The notes beneath the pieces are model-generated. The model did not search any database and had not been told where the DNA came from. It saw nothing but the letters and a program-made list of their open reading frames with translations. A DNA stretch of 64,000 bases from Geosiphon pyriformis uo1. Its lineage: Eukaryota > Fungi > Glomeromycota. Shown piece by piece: positions 50,904-64,000 of this stretch. Within the stretch, counting starts at the first letter, position 1, and each line of letters begins with the position of its first letter. A program made the position numbers and the translations under genes. Location of the stretch: positions 515,520 through 579,519 of the forward strand of contig JAAOMT010000201.1 in assembly GCA_016748015.1 (NCBI GenBank), read 5' to 3'.

Positions 50904-53841
50904 TTAATAATGTTGACTCGGATCTTCAAATTTCAAATCTTCCAGATGATTTTCATCTCCGATTCGATTCTCTTCCTCACCATTTTCATCTCCTTTCTCA
51001 TTTCCATCTCCCTGTCGATTTTTTTTCTTCCTTAAAATACCTCTTGTCCATGAACGTTCACCCAAAGTTCCACTACCCCATCGCCATCTCACATACCGTC
51101 GTTCCGTTTCCTCCTCATTTCTACAAATGATATCGGAATCACAATGACCAAAGAGGGGATCTTTCTTTCGTAATCGACCATACGTTTCTAGGCATACCAC
51201 GAATAAAGAAAGGATTGCGATTGTTAAAAGAAAGTCCAGACTATTTAAGTTTGCCAGGGGAAGTAAGGCATAGATGAGGCTGACTGAGAGCCGAACAATT
51301 ATTCGTTTAACCTTTGAAAATCATTTAGAGAAAGTGATAAAGTTTAAATATTAAGTTTGGAATTACATTTGAATCTCTAAAATCTAAAGAATCCATACCT
51401 TGGAAACGCGCAAAGTATCAACCGCATCCAAACCTTTATGTAAAATCGCTATGATTCCCATACAAAACATCGTAACCGCTAATCCTCCCCCGAATAACCA
51501 AAAAACTGAGTCTTTGAGTTCAAGTGGAGAGGAACTGACTCTTTTCTCCAGCAGATTATGTAACTTGACATCGCTACCATAGCTGATTAGGTGGTCCTCT
51601 GGTGGCATAGGAATATGATATGCACTAGTAAAGTCTCTTGCCTTGACTAGCAATGCGAGTGAGTCCCTGGAGAAATTAAGGAAAAACCTTGGTTGAAATT
51701 CTTCAATCTGATAAATCATACTTTTAAAATTTATCTCAATACTGACCCTGCAATAATCAGCGACATTGCCTGATTAATTAACAATTCCAAAAATCAATGT
51801 TTTGAAAAAGAATTGATAAAAGAATGAGTAAGAATTACTGCTACTGTTAAACTTTTCATTCTTTTTAATGTTTAAACCAAGAAAATCATACCAAAGGTAA
51901 ATGAATCAATCCAAAAAGGACTCCACTTATTACATGTCTTCGTAATGCATGTTGATACTGACGACTGGCATCCACGTCGAAATAAATCCAATGCAAGTTG
52001 TAAGCTATTAAAAGTCCTAAAAGAGCCTTTAAAAAGTTTTAATTATAATTTTAGAAAGATTTATAACGTATAAGGAAAATGAACGAAGTATTAAGAAAAT
52101 TCAGCTGCACCTTTCCTAATTCCCAATCAAATTTTGAATTATAACTTGTATAAAGAATTGCAACAACCTAAAAATTGATAGGCGATATCAAATTAGTTTC
52201 GAAAATCCAGCCTCCAACCCTGAAATTACACTCACTCACTCACTCACTCACCATTTCACCTATACTAATAATAATGTAAGTCCCCAATCTTTCACTCCAA
52301 TGTTCGATATTCAATGCAGGTCTATACTCTGAAATCTTGAACAAACTAAACAAATCCCTCCATTTCCATTGATATTCTGTTCCTTTTGTTTTCATCATAC
52401 GATGTGGCATCGTGGCTGCCCGACTGATTGGCTCCAGAGTTCCCCCACTTTTGGCGCCGGTCACGGGGTCAGTCAACGTATCAGCTCTTTCAAAATCACG
52501 AGTGTGAGTATGGTTTACTGGAGTTTTTGTGCCATAGCGATTGTAAATTGGAACGAAAACTTGCCAAAAGAGGTCTGAAAAATTGAGAGGATGGTTAATA
52601 TGGTGGGAGCGGTAAACTTTGAGGGCAATCTAAAATCTCTGATTTTCGAGCCCTACTCTTTTAGATAAAAATCACTTTCAAATATTTACTACTTCTACTA
52701 CTACTACTACTACTTACCAAAAGCAATTGAAGACCAAATTAATTTTTTCTTATCATTCGTGTCGTGAACGCCCATCACCACAATCCACAATATCGAAGGA
52801 ATAAATATTCCCCAAGCGGCAGTTATAAATGAGATGCGAAACATTGGGATAAAAATTGCTAGACCCAGAAATAATGCAACCATTGTTAACCGACCGACTA
52901 CAAATGAGGCTTGAAAGTTTTTATGCATGATGTCAGTAACAATATTTCTCGCGCAATATTGAAATGTTCTTTAAAAAAGAGAGGTTAGCTTGCCAATGAA
53001 GAATCGTCCAATTTCCCCAGTTATGTCATGAGAATGAGACGCCATACAGACCACAATTATAATTTCCTATAAAATTGTGGAATTGTGAAGATAATTAATT
53101 GCTGGGATATTTGCCGTATAATTCTTTGATAAATATTTAAAGGTTTGATCATTACCCAAAGGACAAGAAATTTTTGAATTAAATCGTCAGAACTGTATAC
53201 ATTCAAATATAGTTGTACGTCCACCCAAAGACGCCATATGGGAAAGCTAAAGTATGATGAATTAGTATTTTTCATCATCTTGAAAGTCATTGAGTCTACT
53301 TACAATGTAATAAAAAAAGCTTCCAAACGAGCACCGTTGATATCTTCCGAAACCAAACTATGCCCCAACACACCAGCAACCGCCACAAAAATCAAATCCC
53401 AAAATAATTCGGTCATACTAGTTCTCCGTTCTTCCAATTCTCGATGTAAAACACCTTTATGCCAATACTGTCTCACCCTAGGGGGACGAATCAATCGTTC
53501 ATACGAAAGTCCATTCTCTTCCTTTTCATCCGCAATGATTTCTAGTTTTTTGAGGGTACCGAAGGTGTGCACCGTTGCGTGAATTGTCTGTTCTGATCCG
53601 TTATCAGAGCCATTGTGGCCTAATTCTTTTAACTCTCCCACCAGTTTGTCAAGTTGATTTGATACGGATTGAGATCGTTCGATTGCTTCAGCTCGTTCTC
53701 GTTCGATTCGTTCAGATTTTTCTTTTAGTTCATCAACTTTTGCTTTGAGTGCTGCGACCTATTAATAAGGAAATTTTTATGAGCAATCAAGTTTTTTTAA
53801 TGTGATAATATTTCTCGGCTTAAAATAAATAAATAATTAGA

Positions 53842-53873
<32 letters not shown>

Positions 53874-54318
53874 CATATCAAAAATTAAAGAACAGAGTAA
53901 ACTTCAAAGCAGAAATATGGTGACGTTTAGTAAATTAGAAGTATTTTATTGAGAAAATTTTTAAACTTAAACGTACATGTTTCGGCGAGCCTAAGACGCA
54001 ACAAGTGCTAGAACCCTCACCACTGAAAACATTTTCCTCGCAGTCGACAACATGAACTGTTTGTCCACCAACTAGTATATTTCTTGAATAGCTAGGACGT
54101 GAACTTTGTAAATTTTTTTTTTCTATACCATTATCATTGTCTATTGTTTCAGAATTTTCTATAACCTCTGTTTCAGATGATGGGATTGTTATTGAAACTT
54201 TGTCTGGTGAAGGGTTTGTATTTAGTGAGAGAATATACTCATTGTTAACTGTATCTGATTCAGAATTTACAATGCCAATATTTCTATCGTCACTCAAATT
54301 TAAATTATTGTCTCCCAT
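50904..54318 (-). CDS. Low temperature requirement protein A (LtrA) family multi-pass membrane protein (~788 aa, 11 exons)
   Basis: Exons 54318-53977, 53758-53304, 53246-53156, 53066-52994, 52909-52718, 52574-52252, 52167-52111, 52026-51892, 51769-51747, 51666-51399 and 51311-50904 sum to 2367 nt in frame, with one GC-AG intron. Motifs ELFWDLIFVA, EHWSERLGTYIIISIGE, WIYFD, HALRRH, IHLPL. Confidence 0.9.
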
Positions 54319-57255
54319 GGTCTAAAGGTAATATTGAATTATAAACGGAAGGAAGAAAAATAGGTCAATTATAAGAATAATAATAATTCAACATGGACTT
54401 CTTATCTCAGTGAATACCAAATGAACATCGTTTTTAAAAAAAAACTTAATTTATAAATTTTCAAATGCCTAAGTGTAACCTAAATGTCTTATTCGGTGAT
54501 CAATTATCACTGTGAACATCGCGATTCGTAATTCGTAATTCGTAATTAATCTTAAGCCAAATCAGGAATATACTAGAACTTTTTCATATGGTAAATTTGT
54601 CATATTTCATAATTGTCGAGCAAAAAGAATTTTGAGAATTTTTAAGCCTCCAATATTTTTTTGTTTTTTGTTTTTTTAAATGAGCTTATTATGCAAAGAA
54701 ATGTATCATTGGGTATCAATACAAATGTGTGATGGGGAACAAATAATTTAGATACCTCAAATATTAAAATACCCGAAATAAAGGAGTACAAGAAATTAAC
54801 GATTTCCTTAAATTTTTTCCGTAAAAATGTTTTCAAAGAGACCTGGTGTATCAGTATGCCGAAAAATTAAAAAAAAAAAACGAAAAAATTAAGAAAATAT
54901 TCAAGTTAACTGTAAGCAAAGCAAATGGGGAAATTATCAGTTGTTAATTCTATTTAAGAAGAAAATTTTCCAGGTCAATTTAGTCTTAATTCATACACTT
55001 TTAAAGCTAGCTCCAAGTATTATTTAATCAAAGTCGGGCAATCAAATCTTGTTTACATCAGCCGAAATTGATTTCACCGCAATTATTACACTTTTTATAA
55101 TATTGAAGTTGGGAAATTATTTAAAAGGTTAACTCTTTTAGAATAAGCTTTATCCGGTAAAAAGATCTAAGATAGTAATTGTTTGTTTGTTTGTTTTAAT
55201 AATGATAATATTAATAATTGAGATTAATCTAGCAGTTTCAAAAAAAATCTATTTTTAATTAATTACAAATCAATAAACCATATGAAAATTAATGTTTAAA
55301 TGTCAAAACTTTTTTTTTTATGAAAAAATTCTTTTTTAATTTTTTGATTTTAATATTACGTTAATCTTTTTCATTAAAAACGTAAATAAAAAAAGTTTTT
55401 TACCGAGAATTGAAAATTCACAAATAGTATATTTAGTCATAAAAAATTTACCAATAAAAAACTTGCTTTTTAAAAAGTTCTAAATAGTTTAATAAATACA
55501 TCTACTTTTTTTTTCGCTTTGTAAATGAGCTTCAAAAAAACAAAACAAAACAAAAAAATTTCAAAAATCAAAACACTTATAAATTTACCTTTTTAATACC
55601 TTTGAATGATTTTTAAAAAACTAATATTTATATAATTTTTTTTTTCATTTATACAGTCCGCAGCGAAATTTATAAAAGCATTATAATATTTTAAAGTTTT
55701 TATGACTCAAAATCAAACAGTCAAATGGTTATAAACCAAACAAAAATCGAGAAAAAATGTCAAAAAACAAATAAAACAAACTTCAAAAAAACATATACTA
55801 TGAAAGCAATCAAGTTGGCTCATATTTCTAAAATTTCTAACAAGAAACTTTCTGAAATAAAAATTTAGACAAAAAATAATGAAAAATTCAACACATAAAG
55901 ATCATAGTATCACAAAAAAACAGATGGCTAACAGTTTAAAGTATTAAAACTTTGAATAAATTAAAAATGTTTTTTTGGTCTGATCATATTTTAAAATTTT
56001 GTTAATTGACCTTAAAAAGTTAAAATTTTAATTTGTATGTTTTGATACAAGATTAATCCTTTTTTTTGAAAGTTATTGATTTTGTTTGAATTTTAAATAA
56101 TTTTATATTAAAAATTAATTTTCAAATTTTGAAAATTTTAAAAATTCACATGTATTAAATCAAATAAAATGAATTATAAATTTACTAGGAAACTTAAAAA
56201 CTAAAGTTTTTAGTAAAAATATTTTTAATTATCTGACTGGTTCCGCTAATCTCATTTAGGATAAATTTCTCCATCACTAAATTTTCAATTTATAACAAAA
56301 TGAAGTCATGAGATGAAATTTTTTTCCTTAATTAATAAAAAATGTGTTTTTTTAAAGTTTTTTTTTAAATTTAAAAAGATTTATATATGGCTCTCAATAG
56401 ATTTATTAAATGAGGTATTGAGCAATCAAAATCATGAATTTTTGAATTTCATTATTTATGTTTTAAAAATTATATAAGCATAAAAAATTTTTATAATTGG
56501 TATTTAGTTTTGAATTTTTCTATTAAAAATATTATTTTATATTCCGATGAAGTGCTTTTTAAAAAAGATTAATAACTCGAATCAATTAATTTTTAAATCG
56601 AAATTCATTATCTGTATATTTTTTGAGGTATGAATATCATCATCTTTTAGATTAGATAAGTAATATTTGTGTTCTTTTACAAAATTTATCTTTTATTTTT
56701 TGGTTAGATTTTATAATTATTTTTGATAAAAATTATGAATTTGTAAATAATTTGAATCAATGAATTTATTAAGCTAATAAAGTTTAAAAAATAGGTTCAT
56801 GCTTGAAAAATTTTATAGTGAAAATTCATAATAGTATCAACATGATGTAAATTTTTTCAATGAATTTTGTTATTGATTCATACATTTTCAATAAAAAAAG
56901 TTGATTAAAATTTTAATTTAAAGTAAAAAAATTTTTATGTTGCATAAATAAATATTTTAAATGTTTGTTATTCAAGAAATTATGCCCAACAGCCAATTTC
57001 ATCATTATAAAATATACAGAATGTTTATCAATAGATTTAGATGAAAATATTTTTTTAAAGTGATTGAAATTTGAAATTTTGAAGGTGCAAATATCAATAA
57101 AAATTGAAAGATGCAATTTTTTGTTGAAGTAGTAAATTGGTCAAAATTTAATAAATGACAAATTGGGTTTTCAAAATTTTTTTGCAAATTTTAATTACTA
57201 TTTATATTGTTTCACATGATGTGTTCAAGAGTGAAACTTATTTTCAAAATATATA

Positions 57256-57395
57256 CCATACGCTAATAGGTATACATATCATAGCACTGGAAAAAATTAT
57301 GTTAGAATTAGACCTTGGGACTATGCACTAAGACGGAACTAACAGACTGCTTCCAAAGATGCAACGCTAGGGGATGCCATACGCTAGTAGGTATA
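57256..57395. repeat. 19 bp direct repeats (ccatacgctartaggtata) flanking a ~100 bp GC-richer insert
   Basis: Copies at 57256-57274 and 57377-57395 (1 mismatch). A related motif, ccaatacgctaatagtata, is at 21555-21573. Confidence 0.8.
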
Positions 57396-60300
57396 TTTTA
57401 TTTTGAACAAAACTTTTTCTTTTCATAAGCCTTCAGAGTTGAAAGAATATGATGAATAAAAAATTGTATTATAAATTATTTAGAAAATTTATTCAAACTA
57501 TATTACTAATTATTGAAAAGAAATTTATATTCAATAATGTTAAGATTTGATGTGTGTTAAATTTTCTTTACCTATGTGAAATCGCTATTGGTTTTTGCAA
57601 TTAAGAAATTATTTTTGAATTTTATGAGAAATTAGTCAAAGATTATAATTTTAAAAATTTAACAGTAAAGTTTTGAAATGAATAGATTGTTATTATGATT
57701 AAATCTAAAAGAAAATCATTTTTTTTGTGAATATTAGAATTTTTTTTGCTAAAAACACTAATCTATAAATTTTTTTTTAGATTCTCATATTTCAAGAATT
57801 AAACTTTTAAATTTTATTAATTTATCACAAGATAACTTGAAACCTGAAAAGTTATAATTTGCATTCAAACATATCTATTGAAAAGTATAGCTTTATATCG
57901 GGATCGGATTGTAAAAATTGGCCATCTTCACGAGCAGAATAAAAAGTTTCATTTCTTATTGAACATGCTTTTAAAAAAAAAAATTTTTTGTTTTCAATAT
58001 TTTTTAAATTTTTTTATACCAAATTTTACATTTTTATTGAATTTTTTGTATCGGCCATATAGCAAAAATTTTTTGATTTTTATAATTTCATTTCATTTTA
58101 TTTGATAATTTGTTCACGATAAATACATAAATTATAGTCTGGTTTTTTGTGTTGTGAACAAATTTTTCAAAGAGCTAAAAAATAAATTGAAAAATTCAAG
58201 TCAGTCGTAAAGTTGTTATTTTTTTTTTGAATAGGTAATATTTTAAAAATTTAGTATCTCAGTAATTTCAATAATAAGAACATTGAAATTTTCAGATTGA
58301 CAATTTCATTTGATTTTAGTTTCAATATATATCATAAAATATTATAATTGAAATGAATGATCAATTTTTTCTCGCGTTTTTTATAAATAGGTAGTTTGTG
58401 ACTTTTGTGCTAACTTTCACTTCCCACCTCAAGCTTGTGCTTTATATCTTTTATTGCCTAAGTTAATTTCTTCTCTAAGTTTTATAGATCTCTTTCAAAT
58501 GTATTATTGATGAGAAATTTAAGGGTTTAAAGTATAAAATACTTTTTGCTAACTTTGGTGGTATCTCTCTACCAATTAAATAATAAAACAGATAAAGGTA
58601 GTTTGATATTTTGCGATTTTGGTGTTTTGCAAAAAATTTTAGGTCTGTTGCAATTAGAATTTTGGATAAAGTAAAGAAGGAAAGGGTATTTGAAGGGTAC
58701 CGAAAAAGTATTTTTAAATTTATTAAGGGTCAATTTGTTAATGGTTTTCTTGGAATTCAAAGCAATACTTGAAAGTTTGATTAAATCTCCCAAAAAAATG
58801 GATATGAAATAGAAGTTATTTTTTGGAGGCTCTAATTCTCCATTTTTATATAATTTATAATGAGCTTAGGAGGTGAAGATTTTCAAACTTGAAAATATCA
58901 ACTTCTAGTTATCTCATCCCAAAAATTTATTCCTATATGATGTTCCTTTACAATTATTCATATTATCAAAGATCAAAAAGTGAAATATTTTTTTAAAAAT
59001 TATAATAAAAATTAAAATTGAAATAAAAATCTTTAAAGACAAATTTATTTTAAGCTATTCCTAGAAATTAAGTTTATCCGATTATTTGGGTAGTGTTATT
59101 TTAATAAATAGCTTCAAGTTTTTTTGCTTTTTATAAAAGATATTGAAAATCTATCAAAATTCACAGCAGTGTTTGTGAGCCTAGAGCTACATTTGTTTGA
59201 GGAAAAGGATGAAAATTTAAAATGTGTCAAAAAATTGAAATGAAACTATTTTCATCCAAAACTGACAACTTTTAAAATCAAAGTAATCCAATCAAATTTT
59301 GAATCGGAAAAATAAACAATTGTCCAAGTATAAAAATTTTTCTAACTTTGAACCCCCCAAAAAAGATTTTATTCAGTAATCCTTTTTGAATTAATGCACT
59401 ATAATTTATATATGTAAATCAAAAATATATGTTGAAAACTTGATATCAAAATATATCTATTTTTAAAATTGCTTTTCTAATCTTATATAATATTCTAAAA
59501 ATTACTGAAAAAATTATTCTTCATAATACAGAAATTCATAAATTTTAGCAGTTGCTTATAAGATATTTATTGTGCTCAAATATGATCATATCTTTAATAA
59601 AACTTTGTTTTAAGAAAAAGTTTTTATATATAATACCAATTTATATTCTTTTCTTAACTGTAGTAAAAGTGTCGAAATTGTAAATAAAAGTTCAAGATAA
59701 CAATCTATATTTTCTCAATTAATTTTAATTACTGAATTTACTTTTAATATTGGAATTAATTCTTTGAGAATTTTTGTCCTAGGGTGAATCTATGAATTCA
59801 GATGAAAATGAGAAAAAGAGCACCAAGTCAAATAATCATCTGGTACAACTATTATTCTGCCATAAAAGTACGCCAATATAATCTATTTTTGCAGATAAAT
59901 CTGTTGTTTTTTTCTTTGACTTAAATATAACTTACATTAACAAATATATATATATTATTGATTGTAATTTAATATTAATTTTTATCAATTATTGTATCAA
60001 AATCCATTATAATCAATTTTTAATGATAATTAATTTATAGTTATTAATGGATATTAAAAAGTCTTAAAATTTTCTTCATCATTATCATTTCTTTAAATAT
60101 GGTTTTTTTTTGAATTTTTTATATAAAAACTTTGGTTTTATTTTTCATTTTTCATTTTTTAAATGCCAAGTATAACAGTTATTGTATTGAATTCTCCTGC
60201 AGTTAAAAATTTGATTTAACTAATTATAAAGAACTTTAAAGCAAACTGCAATTCTTCTTTTACAAAAATAAAGTTTTAGTTGTCATCGTAAATAATATTA

Positions 60301-61980
60301 AAAATTTAGAAAATGTAAAATATCTGGTATCATCAAAAAAAAATGAAAAGAGCAGCTAAATTATAAAATATAGGGCATATTCAGAAAATTAAAGAAAATA
60401 ACCAGAAATACAGTTTTCAGCTAATAAAGTCGAACTGAGAAAGGTTGGAGCAATGATAAAAGCTTTAGAAACTGAAAATTTTTACTTTAAAAGAACTAAA
60501 CAATAAGAAAGGAAACATTAAATATCAAAATACTAGCCTAAATGGTGTAGATGAATCTCTCAAATAAAAATGTGGTAAATTTTTAAAATCTCAATTCAAA
60601 GGCAATTGATTTAAACTTTTCTCAGGTTAAAAATTTATATATACATTCCATAAGCCCAATAGTCATCATTTGATTCCTATATAATTTTGTGAATGGGTTA
60701 TTTGTAATATATAGGCCGTAGAACAAGGAAATTGTCAAAAAAAAAAATATTGCAAAGTAGCCGATAATTAGTATTATAAAATAGCAAAGTAAAAGATTGA
60801 ATTTTTTATTTTTATTTCAACGAATTCACTATTGAATATTTGTTTTTGATTTTAAAGAAACTCATTAAATGGATTACGTTAATGTAAAAAGATGTATAAT
60901 TTTGTTCCAAGAGAAAAAGGCTTTCAAAACGTGTTTGTGCATAGATAGAATTTACTAAGGAAACGCCTTACATTTAATAACCTTTAACTCAAAAAGTTCT
61001 TTTAAAAGAGCTATAAAGATGAAATTTATCATACTTATTACGAATTTTTATGTAATGACCGATTATCTGGAGCGCAGTTATTGAATAAGCAAATTACAGT
61101 TGAAAGGATAAATCAGATTTAAATCTTGGACACATTATTACTTCAAATATTTTTCGAAATATGGTCTAAAACGGTTGAAAAGGAATCCCACGGAAGTTGC
61201 AAAAATCTCAAAAAACTTCTATAAACAAGAATCCACGTACGGCTGTTGTAAATGAGGAGCCTGTTTTTTACCTTTAAAATTTGATTTGTATCAAATTGCC
61301 AATCTTTAAAAAAACACAAATTGAAATTTAAATAACTTTATTAATTTCCAGTCGCTACTATTTAATTCATTTGATACTTTGGCATCACATTTGTTATAAA
61401 TAACGGAAAAGAACTTTTTTAAATTCGCAATTATTTTTATCTTTGATAAAAAAGGATATACAAATATCTAACTGAAAAAACTTTTAATTTTGAAATTATA
61501 GTTATTTTAAATGAGGTCATCTTTGAATTCTCTTGAAGAAAATTTTTAGTTGCCAGAAGCGTGAGCTACGAATCTTAGCAAGAGCTTCCATTTTTCCAAT
61601 ATACCAGGTCTTGAGAAGCAATTTTTTTTTGAAAATTTTATATATGAAGATTTATGTGTTTTTAATATTTTATCGCAAGGAATATAAATCGAATATTCAA
61701 AGAATAACTGTGAAAACAAAATTTATTCTATCTTATAATGACGAGATTCCCAAGTCACCTTTAAAAGTGAACCTTCTTAATTTTTCAATCTTTTAAATAG
61801 TTTTTTCATATAGACTATATTAAATCTGACTGAATATTTAGTTAACTTTCAATTGTTTTACCGTCCCTAGAGATTAAAGAGAAATCCATCATTCTCTGTG
61901 ATAACTTCTTGTTCAGGCTAAAAAAAGATATTAAAATTAAATTCAAATTTCCAAAAGCTACGAAATCTGTGTACCATATG

Positions 61981-64000
61981 CTATACCTCAATTTCTTCGG
62001 TAATTGCCGTCGAATTTTCAAGAAATCCAGAATCGTGGTTAACTTTTCGGCCGTATCGAATCGTTGCTTCGTATATCCTTCCAAGTAATGTGTTTAATAT
62101 ACTAATAGCACTTGAGATTAAAGCTATATTTGGCAGAATTGTGTATGTAATACTTTTCTTCCAATAAAAGACCTGGACAAAGAAAAAAAAAATTTAACAA
62201 TAAATTCGAGTAATGGTTTGAAAAAGTTTAGCTTATCCTTACACGAATTATAAATTGTGGCACATCTTCGATAATTAAACTTAAACAACTGCCCCAAAAA
62301 ATCATTGATTCAGCTCTAATAGAAAAAACCGCTGATAAATATTTTAAATCACCCAAACGCGATGATAAAACTGTCAAGACTTCAACGTCGGCACATGAAA
62401 GTATTGTAAAAAATGAAGCGACTTGAGGATATTTTCTAATTATTTAAATAATAAATATATGATTAGAAGTCCTAATTTGACATCATATAATATTTAAAAG
62501 TAGCAAACCCACCTAAACCAATCATTAAATTTATCTTCTCTAGAATTTTCGGAGAGTATTATGAAGAGGACAAAACACATATTGAAAAGTATTGGGATGA
62601 TTAAGGTGATGACGCTAAAACCAAAATATTTTTTTAAAATTATGATTTTTATTAGTGTGACATTAAATATCAAAAGAGCCAGACCTACCTCGGTATGAAT
62701 AATTCTTGAAAATCTTGGCCATTCTTGAAGACGAATAAAATGTCAAATATAAAATCTTGAACTATTAATGTGATTTTGATGATTACAAAGTTTTTTGCCT
62801 AGAAAAAGATTCGGTTGTAGGATGTTAAATAGGGTATTATTCAATGTTGATAAAGCCGTTAACATACATCTTTGTTTCGCCGAACAGCATAAATATATAA
62901 AAACGAGACTGTTAAAAATATAGCTCCTATCACTAAGATCGCAATTTTATAACGTAACCAAATATCATCTGAGAATAGAGGTTAAAAGTAACTTTTAGAT
63001 TTAAATATTAAGGAGCAAAAAGTAACTTGCGACCTTACCTGTAATTACAAAAGGGTATGTATTATCTAGCCAACTGGTATAATTTTCTCGAGAAAATTGG
63101 TTATAATCCTTATTAGCTAACAAATCTCGAATATCCTCAATGACATTTGGGATATCTGGTTCCGATTTGCCAATGAGATATATCCGTAGGAGTATTTGGG
63201 AGAGTTTGGTATGTGGATCTCGTTGATAAGCATCTCGAAATTTTATTCGTGATCGTGATATTGGGATGATATCGGCTATTTGATCTGAAAAGTCTTGTAG
63301 AATAGAAAACCCCCGATGACTATAGGCTTTCTTAAATTCAATTGTTCCGTTTGCTGACAAGCGCAATAATCCACTGGCATCATCTATCGACATAAATATT
63401 CGAAAAGTTAAATGACTGCAATGATATAAATCAGAACTAAATAAAGAATACAAATGTTACTTTACCTGATCGCAAGTTGCTTTCTTTATTTTCTAAAAAT
63501 GAAAAAAGATTAATATGATAAACATGATAAACCTGATATGTTAAGAGAAATATGTTTACCAGTTGTAAAGCGCCAGATTGTGGGTCCAATACCAATCAGT
63601 GGTTCATTATTTTTCAAGCGTCGAACAAAATTTGTACCCACTTCAACTGAGTAAGATTGACCAGGTCGATTGAAGGTGCAACGGAATATATCAATTAAAA
63701 CTTTTGTAGAACCATCCGGCATATATTGAATGGTTGGCGATGAGGTTTGCTGGTGCAAAAATAATTTTCCCCCAACAGATTGATAGATTGTGATGTTACC
63801 AGTACCAGAAGAAACTTTTGAATTATAGTCTATTGAAATTTGTGTTGTTCGTAAAGGAGTTACTTGGTTTATTGCTGGATAGGTTGATAAAATATTAGGA
63901 TTCGAATATTTATCATCTAAAGTTTTATTAAAAAAGAGATTAGAAAGATTTCTTGGTAAAAAATAACAGACTCAGATTTATATAAAAAAAAAAAAAAAAA
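61981..64000 (-). CDS. Large multi-exon membrane protein (Ig-like ectodomain plus multi-TM C-terminus); 5' end lies outside the window
   Basis: Spliced minus-strand peptides: ISIDYNSKVSSGTGNITIYQ, TFNRPGQSYSVEVGTNFVRR...EPLIGIGPTIWRFTT, SGLLRLSANGT, WLDNTYPF, TM exons ITLIIPILFNMCFVLFIIL, ASFFTILSCADVEVLTVLSSR, IIEDVPQFII, and last exon ...LLGRIYE...EEIEV* (TAG at 61981-61983). Confidence 0.85.

Noticed and set aside
50904-54318. Recent bacterial horizontal transfer of ltrA
   Set aside because: The gene has ten spliceosomal introns and host-like composition, and LtrA-family genes are widespread in fungi.
60160-60450. Possible HMG-box relic (HIQKIKENNQKYSFQL)
   Set aside because: Too degraded; the similarity could be chance in AT-rich sequence.
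54642-61796. Numerous 60-90 aa F/L/I/K/N-rich ORFs here and elsewhere (e.g. 98, 1272, 13652, 31695, 44429, 48371)
   Set aside because: Their composition is that expected from random AT-rich DNA, many have non-ATG starts, and none has splice or domain support.

Overview
Very AT-rich, intron-containing eukaryotic (fungal) DNA. The gene families present (BTB-BACK-TLDc, TKL kinase relic, divergent HMG-box-like genes, many class-3 lipases, an Ig-like/multi-TM membrane protein) point to Glomeromycota. The LINE peptide and the lipase expansion suggest Archaeosporales such as Geosiphon, which is an inference from memory and needs a BLAST check. 0-24 kb is a birth-and-death cluster of class-3 lipase-like genes whose nucleophile motif reads GHGxGG instead of GHSxGG: one intact gene, one with a last-exon frameshift, and at least three pseudogenes. 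It includes a ~4 kb inverted duplication eroded by microhomology-flanked deletions, plus a BTB-BACK-TLDc gene and a Git3/cAMP-receptor-like GPCR. 24-46 kb holds a LINE remnant, a secreted N/G-repeat protein, hAT-like and Tc1 relics, and a family of Cys/His-containing HMG-box-like genes, one ending in a (F/L/S)EDNFQ x9 tail. 50-64 kb holds an 11-exon LtrA-family gene and the 3' part of a large membrane protein gene. A ~120 bp LINE 3'-UTR sequence recurs five times. No rRNA, tRNA or CRISPR array was found. All exon boundaries were derived by hand from splice signals and reading-frame continuity.
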